Below, one piece after another: positions 58,179-64,000 of a stretch of DNA of 64,000 nucleotides. Below the pieces are notes generated by a model. The model was not told the DNA's origin, ran no database searches, and worked only from the letters and a program-made list of their open reading frames with translations. Made by a program: the position numbers and the translations under genes. How positions within the stretch are numbered: the stretch's first letter is position 1; each line of letters starts with the position of its first letter. The stretch covers positions 34,316 to 98,315 of the forward strand of contig JBGAGQ010000017.1 of assembly GCA_044226625.1 (NCBI GenBank), in the 5' to 3' direction. This DNA comes from Thermoanaerobaculia bacterium (GTDB taxonomy: Bacteria > Acidobacteriota > Thermoanaerobaculia > Multivoradales > UBA5704).

Positions 58179-58507
58179 GCGTCTCCTTCGGCGGGCTCGA
58201 GCGTGAGCAGGAGCGGCATGCCCTCGGCGCGCGCTTCCGCGGTCACCTCGGCGATCTTGGTTTCGGCGATCTCCCTGGAATAAACCCCAGCGATACCGAC
58301 TCCTTGGTGATGGACCTCGAGCATGATCTGCGTCGCCTCGCCCGGAGGGCGGCGGAAATGGGTGACCAGGACGTGGACGACGAACTCCATGCTGGTGAAG
58401 TCGTCGTTGTGCAGTAGCACCTTGTAACGCTTCGGACGGGCGGTCTTCTTCCTTCTCTCGACGGCGAGGCCCGATTCGCCCGAAGGAGCATCGGTGGGGC
58501 GGGTCAT
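58175..58507 (-). CDS. clpS: Clp protease adaptor ClpS
   Basis: YKVLLHNDDFTSMEFVV, MLEVH..G, EIAETK, PL...LE. Confidence 0.95.
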   Translation of the reverse strand: MTRPTDAPSGESGLAVERRKKTARPKRYKVLLHNDDFTSMEFVVHVLVTHFRRPPGEATQIMLEVHHQGVGIAGVYSREIAETKIAEVTAEARAEGMPLLLTLEPAEGDA

Positions 58508-58908
58508 GGCGTCATCCAGTTTTCAATCACCAGGCCGGGGATTCGAGAGAATTCTCCTTCGTTGTTGGTGACCAGGACTTGCTTCGTCGCGAGGGCGTGC
58601 CCAGCAATCAGGTTGTCCAGCGCTCCGATCTTCCGGCCGGTCCTTCCGAGGTGCCCGCGGACGCGCGCGCTGGCTAATGCGGCTTCCTGGTCGAAGGAGA
58701 GAACACGCAGGGGGGTGAGGAAAGCGTCCAAGCGATCATGGGCGCGGCCCGGGTCCATGCTCTTCTCGGCGCCTAGCCGAAGCTCATGGACGGTGATGAC
58801 GCTGAGCGAGATCGCCGCTCGGCCCACGGCTTCGAGTTTCTTTCGCACTTCCGGAGGCCGGTGATTTAGGGCGTAGATGCAGATGTTTGTATCGAGCAAG
58901 TAGATCAG
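58504..58908 (-). CDS. vapC: VapC PIN-domain toxin (start CTG 58908 or TTG 58899)
   Basis: (M)IYLLDTNICIY, ITVHEL, IGALDNLIAGHA, LVTNNEGEFSRIPGL.IENW. Confidence 0.9.
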   Translation of the reverse strand: MIYLLDTNICIYALNHRPPEVRKKLEAVGRAAISLSVITVHELRLGAEKSMDPGRAHDRLDAFLTPLRVLSFDQEAALASARVRGHLGRTGRKIGALDNLIAGHALATKQVLVTNNEGEFSRIPGLVIENWMTP

Positions 58909-59141
58909 ATGCTCAGCTCCTCGCGATCCGCTTCCACCTGCGGGGGACGTTCAAAATTCGCTGGCATACCGTCGAACGCGGTCCAAAACTCGGCGGGCCA
59001 CTCAGTGGCGGAGAGGGGCTCCAGGATGATCCTGTCCCCATCGCGTCGAATCACGACCTCCTCGGCGTCGTCCGCGAACCGAAAGCCCTTCGGCAGCCGG
59101 ACGACCTGGCTGTCACCGCTCCAAAAGATCTTCGTCGTCAT
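58905..59141 (-). CDS. vapB: VapB antitoxin (AbrB/SpoVT fold)
   Basis: MTTKIFWSGDSQVVRLPKGFRF...V.IRRDGDRIILEP with an acidic tail; SD GGGAGG; directly upstream of vapC. Confidence 0.9.
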   Translation of the reverse strand: MTTKIFWSGDSQVVRLPKGFRFADDAEEVVIRRDGDRIILEPLSATEWPAEFWTAFDGMPANFERPPQVEADREELSI

Positions 59142-59160
59142 CGTCGCCTCCCCTCGGAAA

Positions 59161-59166
59161 ATTATA
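59161..59166 (-). promoter_or_regulatory. Putative -10 box for vapB
   Basis: Perfect TATAAT on the minus strand in GC-rich DNA, about 20 nt upstream of the vapB ATG; no clear -35. Confidence 0.45.
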
Positions 59167-59170
59167 CGCC

Positions 59171-60700
59171 CTACTTCCCGGCGAGCTCGGCGAGCATTGC
59201 GGTGTACATCTCGAGGTTCAGGAGCATCCTGTCGCGACCGATCCACTCGTGCTCGCTGTGGCCGGTGTAGACCTCGCCAGGCATTCCGGGACCGAAGTTG
59301 ACGCCGTTCGGAAAGAGACGCGCGTGCGTGCCGCCGCCGATCGAGATCGGCTTTGCGTCGGCTTTGCCGGTGTAATGGGCGAAGACGCCGAGGAGGACCG
59401 GGATGTGCGGCGCGCTCTCGATGTAGTGGGGGTCGTAGATGTCGCTCTTCAGGGCGACCGGGACCTGGCTCGCCTTCGTCCAGGCCTCGACCGCTTCGCG
59501 GATCGAATCTTCGACCTCGCTCTTCGTGCGCCCGGCAGGCCGCCGGAGGTTGAGCCCCGCCACGAAACGACCGTCGACGACCTTGAGCGTTCCGAGCGAT
59601 AGCGTCGCCTTGCCCATGAACGGATGCTCGTAGCCGAGGTGTCCGAACTTCTCGGCGTAGATTCCGGTGCCCACGAGGTCGTCGAGCAACCGGACCATCC
59701 GCGCGGCCTGGCCGTCGGGCCAGCGTTCGCGGTTCAACAGCGCCGCGAGGTGGGCGATCGCGTTCTTGCCGTCCCATGGAGTGGAGGAATGCGCCGAGAC
59801 CCCGCGGGCGCGGACCACCAGATCGCCCTCTCCGCGCGGTTCGAACGTGAAACGGACGTCGCCGTCGTGCCGCGCCGCGGAAATCAGCCTAGCGGTGATC
59901 TCCGGGGTGGCACCGGCGATCGTCGCCTCGGCGTCTTCGGGCACCTGGGAGAGAAAGAATCCGCCGGAGACGCTCGCGAGCCGCGGACCGTCGCCGCTCG
60001 CCGGGACCGGATCGATTCCGAGCTCGATCGAGCACCAGCCCTTCTCGGCGATGACCACGGGGTAATCGGCGTCGAGGCCGACGTTCAGCGCGGGCGGGAT
60101 CCAGCCCTCGAGGAGCTTCTGCATCGGTTCCCAGTCCGATTCTTCGCTCATCGAAACGATCAGCTCGATTCGCTTGCCGTCGGCGAGCCCCCGGTCGGCG
60201 AGCGCTTTCATCGCGTAGAGGGCGGTCGCGAGAGGCCCCTTGTCGTCCTCGGTGCCGCGGCCGAGCAGCTTGCCTGGCTCGCTTTCGGCGTCGAGTGTGA
60301 ACGGATCCTTCGCCCATTTCGAGGGGTCGACCGGTTGCACGTCGCCGTGGACGATCAGGCCGATGCGATCGGCGGGGATCGCGTCGCGCTTGCCGACGCC
60401 GATCAACACCACGCCTCCGCGGTCCGCGAAGTCGAAGCCCAGCTCTTTCGCCTTGGCCGCGAGATAGGCCGAGAGCTTTTTCACCTCAGGGTTGTCGGCC
60501 GCCGGCACGCCTTCGCGGGCGACCGTACGGAACGCGACCATCTCGCCGAGGGTGGCGATCGATCGGTCGCCGTAGGTCGCCTTGGCGTAGGCGGCCGTCT
60601 CGACCGAGCGCGGCGAAGGATTCGGCGGCGGCGCCGCGACGGCGGCGTGCGCCACGCCGAGGAACAACATCGCCGCGCGGGCGAGGGGACGAATCAGCAC
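59171..60700 (-). CDS. Exported M20 family (PepV/Sapep-like) dipeptidase
   Basis: Signal-like N-terminus, HGDVQP, GRGTEDDKGP, SEES, GVSAHSS.P, IGGGT, NFGP, H...E; GTG start with SD GAGGAGG. Confidence 0.85.
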   Translation of the reverse strand: MLIRPLARAAMLFLGVAHAAVAAPPPNPSPRSVETAAYAKATYGDRSIATLGEMVAFRTVAREGVPAADNPEVKKLSAYLAAKAKELGFDFADRGGVVLIGVGKRDAIPADRIGLIVHGDVQPVDPSKWAKDPFTLDAESEPGKLLGRGTEDDKGPLATALYAMKALADRGLADGKRIELIVSMSEESDWEPMQKLLEGWIPPALNVGLDADYPVVIAEKGWCSIELGIDPVPASGDGPRLASVSGGFFLSQVPEDAEATIAGATPEITARLISAARHDGDVRFTFEPRGEGDLVVRARGVSAHSSTPWDGKNAIAHLAALLNRERWPDGQAARMVRLLDDLVGTGIYAEKFGHLGYEHPFMGKATLSLGTLKVVDGRFVAGLNLRRPAGRTKSEVEDSIREAVEAWTKASQVPVALKSDIYDPHYIESAPHIPVLLGVFAHYTGKADAKPISIGGGTHARLFPNGVNFGPGMPGEVYTGHSEHEWIGRDRMLLNLEMYTAMLAELAGK

Positions 60701-60714
60701 GGTTTCATGCCTCC

Positions 60715-62082
60715 TCAGTGCGCCGCGATCCAATCGAGGAGCGGGCGCCAGAACAGGGTGGGGGCGTTGGTCGCGGTGAAGATGTCGACGTGGCCGATCT
60801 CGGTCGCGCGCGCCGAAGGCGGGCCGAGGCGGACCACGTGGGTGGTCACGTCGTCGCTGCCGAGGACGGTGGTCGTATAGACGCCGTACTCGCCCACGCC
60901 TCCTCCCGCGCCGAGGTAAAGGATCGGAACCTCGATGTCTCCCAGATGATCGTCGAACGGCACGTCGTCCTGGTCGCAGATCGGCGCGTCGCCGTCGGCG
61001 AGAAGGCGATTCGGCTCGAGTGGCGAAGCGCCCTCGAGGAAGTCGTACCAGTGCGCCTCGGAAGTGTAGGTCAGGCCGGTCGGGAGGCCCGCTCCGTCGA
61101 ACGTGCCGCCGGTGAAATGGTAGAGCGGTACGAACGACTGTCCGGGTGGCAGGAACTGATAGGTGGCCGATCCGGCCAGCCGTCCGACCTCGAGATTCGT
61201 GAGACCGGGGACGATCGGCGACCCGCCGCTCGGGGCGGTCTCGGCAAGGGTGCCGAGCGCGACGAACAGCCCGCCGGAGGTCGCCACGGTCTGCCCCGCG
61301 GCGAGCAGTGCCTCGTTGCTCGCGAGGCGGGCGCAAGCGGCGGCGCGGATCGCCGGGTCGTCGGACTTGAGGAGCGAATCGACCAGCACCGCGCCGCGGG
61401 TCTGCCGGAGCCCCGGCGGCAGCTGGCTCTCGGCGCCGAGGTAGACCAGGACGGTCTGGGCGCCGCGGCTCCAACCGAGGAGATGGACCTTCCGGTTCCC
61501 GTTGCCGGTCGCGAGGCGGATGCCGCGGGCAACCGCGAGACCGATTCCGAGGTCCCGGGCGTCCGTCTCGATTCCCCAATCGGCGATCTCCTCGAGGTCG
61601 GTGGCGTCGGCGGGCAGGAGGGTCCAGCGAAAATCGATGCCCCAGACGTCGACGCCGCGTTGCGCGAGATAGACCGGAAGCGCCGCGGAATCCGCGACGG
61701 CCGGCGAGGCGACCGCGGAAAGGAACGCGGCGTCGAAGTTCCAGGCGTCGCCGTGGGCAAGGAAGATCGCCTTGGCCGCGTGGGCCGGGTGGCCGGGCGA
61801 GCTCTCCTTGACCACCCGGTGGAGGCCGATGACGTCACGCTCGCCGAGCCCTACCCGCAGCTGGGCCGAATACTCGGCGACGTTGCCCGAGAGCACGCGG
61901 CGGGAGAAGCTCCCCGGCACCACGAACCCGCCGACGGACGCGGCGCGCGCGCCCCGTTCGAAGGCCGCCGCCGAGGCGGCGTTCGCCTCCGCGGACCGAG
62001 CGCTCGCTCCGAAGGAGCCCGACGCGATGCCGAGGAGAGTGGCGAAGAGAGCAAGTGTGGGGAACGTCTTCGTTCGGCTCAT
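60715..62082 (-). CDS. Secreted alpha/beta-hydrolase-fold protein
   Basis: Signal peptide, FLAHG, DVWGIDFR, nucleophile elbow GWSRG, C-terminal GHVD. Confidence 0.72.
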   Translation of the reverse strand: MSRTKTFPTLALFATLLGIASGSFGASARSAEANAASAAAFERGARAASVGGFVVPGSFSRRVLSGNVAEYSAQLRVGLGERDVIGLHRVVKESSPGHPAHAAKAIFLAHGDAWNFDAAFLSAVASPAVADSAALPVYLAQRGVDVWGIDFRWTLLPADATDLEEIADWGIETDARDLGIGLAVARGIRLATGNGNRKVHLLGWSRGAQTVLVYLGAESQLPPGLRQTRGAVLVDSLLKSDDPAIRAAACARLASNEALLAAGQTVATSGGLFVALGTLAETAPSGGSPIVPGLTNLEVGRLAGSATYQFLPPGQSFVPLYHFTGGTFDGAGLPTGLTYTSEAHWYDFLEGASPLEPNRLLADGDAPICDQDDVPFDDHLGDIEVPILYLGAGGGVGEYGVYTTTVLGSDDVTTHVVRLGPPSARATEIGHVDIFTATNAPTLFWRPLLDWIAAH

Positions 62083-62210
62083 TCCTGGCTTCCTCCCGGG
62101 TTCGGACGTGCGACGCACGATCCGGCGTCATCTTGAACCCTGCGCAGTATATCGAGCCGACGGAGGGGAGGCCGCCGCAACCCGCGCGGGGCTACGCCGT
62201 AGCACCTTTC

Positions 62211-64000
62211 GTGAGCTTTGCGCGAAACCTTCGCCTCGCCCTCCGCAATGTCCGGCGGACCCCCGGATTCACGGCCGCAGTGGTCGCCACCCTGGCCCTC
62301 GGAATCGGCGCCTCAACGGCGATGTGGAGCCTCGCCGACGCGGTGCTGCTCGCTCCTCGGCCGTTCGCCGAACCCGACCGTCTGGTCGCGATCTGGGGAG
62401 AGATTCCGAACCGGGCGCCGTGGATCGAGGTGGCCCTGGCCGATTACGACCGTTGGCGCCAGCGCTCGTCGTCGTTCTCCGAGCTCGCCCTCGTCGGCTC
62501 GTCGGTCGCCGACTCGATTCTGGGGCCGACCAGCCGCGGGGGAGAGCCGTCTCACGTCCGAAACCGAGTGGCGACCAGCAATCTCTTTTCCGTCCTGGGT
62601 GTGCGCGCCGCCTTCGGGCGAACACTACAGACCAAGGACGATCACCCGGGCGCCGAGCCGGTGGCGGTGATCTCCGACGGACTCTGGCGCCGGAGGTTCG
62701 GAGCCGACCGGGCGATCGTCGGCCGCTCCGTGCCGATCGACGGGCAGCCGACGACCGTCGTCGGCGTGCTGCCCGCGGGGTTCGACTACCCGGACGGCAC
62801 GGAGGTCTGGAGCCCGGCCGCCTGGGCCTATGCCGAACCGGATCTGCTCAAGTTGCGCATCTTCGAGGGGATCGGCCGCCTGGCCCCCGGAATCACCTTC
62901 GAGGCGGCTTGCGCCGACCTGGACGCCGTCTCGACGAGCATCGCGCAGGAACACCCCGAGCTGGCCGGCTACCGGGCCCGTCCCCGACCGCTCGTGACGG
63001 AGATCCTGGGCGATGCCCGTCCGGCACTTCACCTGCTCCTGGCGGCCTCCGGCCTGCTGCTCGCCATCGGCTGCGCGAACGTGGCGGGGCTCTGGCTCGC
63101 CCGAGCCGCCGGGCGGCGGCGGGAAACCGCAATCCGCCGGGCACTTGGCGCGGGAGGCGGCCGGCTCGCCGGAGAGATCCTCACCGAGAGCTCGCTTGCC
63201 GCGCTGGTGGCGGCGCTTCTCGGCTGGCTGCTCGCCCGCTTGGGTGTCGCCGCCGTCGCGTGGCTCGCGCCGGCCGACCTGCCGGCGCTCCGCTCCGTCG
63301 CGGTCGAGGGGCGCGCCTTCGGAGTCGCTCTGGCCGTGGCGCTCACCGCCGGGCTTTCCGCTGGCCTCCCACCGCTCGCCGCGGCGCTCCGAAGCAGCCT
63401 CGCGGCGGAGATGCACGAGGGCGCTCGAGCCGCGGCCTCGCGTGGCGCGGTCCGTTCGCGTGGCCTGCTGATGGTCGGCGAGGTCGCCCTCACCCTGGTG
63501 CTCCTAGTCGCCTCCGCCCTCCTCGGCCGGAGCCTCGCCGCGCTCGACCGCACCGACGTCGGGTTTCGTCCGGAGGGTTTGCTCGCCGTCCGCGTTCAGG
63601 TGAACGGTTCGGCGTATGCCGAGCCGGAGACCCAGGGGGCGTTCTTTCGGCGGACGGTCGAACGTCTGCAAGCGTTGCCCGGTGTCGAGCACGCCTCGGC
63701 GGTCCTCTTGCGCCCGTTCTCCGGGCCGATCGGCTGGGATTATTCGTTCGCGGTCGAGGGGCAGAGCGAGCGGGAGTGGCGCGGCAACCCGCTCACCAAC
63801 CACGAACGGGTGAGCCCCGGATACTTTTCGACCCTCGGTATTCCACTCCTCGCCGGCCGCGATTTCGCCTGGAGCGACGACGCCTCGACCCCCCGGGTCG
63901 CGATCCTGAGCGAGACCGCGGCGCGGCGCTTCTTCCCGAACGGCCCGGCGCTCGGACGTCGGCTCCGGGTGCTGGAAGGCGACAGCCCGTGGATCACCGT
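62211..64000 (+). CDS. ADOP family duplicated ABC permease, truncated by the window end
   Basis: Read by hand from GTG 62211: SFARNLRLALRNVRRTPGFTAAVVATLALGIGASTAMWS..., LLAIGCANVAGL, RETAIRRALGA; runs off the window, so absent from the ORF track. Confidence 0.88.
   Translation, partial: MSFARNLRLALRNVRRTPGFTAAVVATLALGIGASTAMWSLADAVLLAPRPFAEPDRLVAIWGEIPNRAPWIEVALADYDRWRQRSSSFSELALVGSSVADSILGPTSRGGEPSHVRNRVATSNLFSVLGVRAAFGRTLQTKDDHPGAEPVAVISDGLWRRRFGADRAIVGRSVPIDGQPTTVVGVLPAGFDYPDGTEVWSPAAWAYAEPDLLKLRIFEGIGRLAPGITFEAACADLDAVSTSIAQEHPELAGYRARPRPLVTEILGDARPALHLLLAASGLLLAIGCANVAGLWLARAAGRRRETAIRRALGAGGGRLAGEILTESSLAALVAALLGWLLARLGVAAVAWLAPADLPALRSVAVEGRAFGVALAVALTAGLSAGLPPLAAALRSSLAAEMHEGARAAASRGAVRSRGLLMVGEVALTLVLLVASALLGRSLAALDRTDVGFRPEGLLAVRVQVNGSAYAEPETQGAFFRRTVERLQALPGVEHASAVLLRPFSGPIGWDYSFAVEGQSEREWRGNPLTNHERVSPGYFSTLGIPLLAGRDFAWSDDASTPRVAILSETAARRFFPNGPALGRRLRVLEGDSPWIT

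Noticed and set aside
59171-61579. 802-aa ORF as a large fusion peptidase
   Set aside because: The upstream part is an off-frame overlap with the hydrolase gene; the M20 peptidase most likely begins at GTG 60700.

Overview
GC-rich bacterial window, most likely from Acidobacteriota (Thermoanaerobaculia-like). This is inferred from two ADOP-type permeases, an acidobacterial VWA protein, an ELWxxDGT repeat protein and exosortase H. In order it holds: an amidohydrolase tail, pcm, an SPFH-SPFH-AAA ATPase-metallopeptidase/vWA cluster, and two adjacent genes that the ORF track splits at in-frame TGA codons but that read as selenoproteins (iodothyronine-deiodinase-like FGSYT-U-PPF and GrdB/PrdB-like U-xx-C), each followed by a SECIS-like hairpin. 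Next come an ELWxxDGT protein, a large six-heme cytochrome c, a REP/REPIN-like palindrome cluster, DDAH, xrtH with its partner, pyrRBC, a two-component system facing creD, a Ni/Co transporter, VWA and ADOP genes, a class V aminotransferase, a SerA-like dehydrogenase fused to D-Ala-D-Ala ligase, and pyrF. A stand-alone 6600-aa six-module NRPS follows, with no release domain and an in-frame REP-like insertion. The window ends with vapB-vapC-clpS-clpA, an M20 dipeptidase, a secreted hydrolase and a partial ADOP permease. No rRNA, tRNA or CRISPR array was recognised. All calls rest on motifs read by eye; no database search was run.
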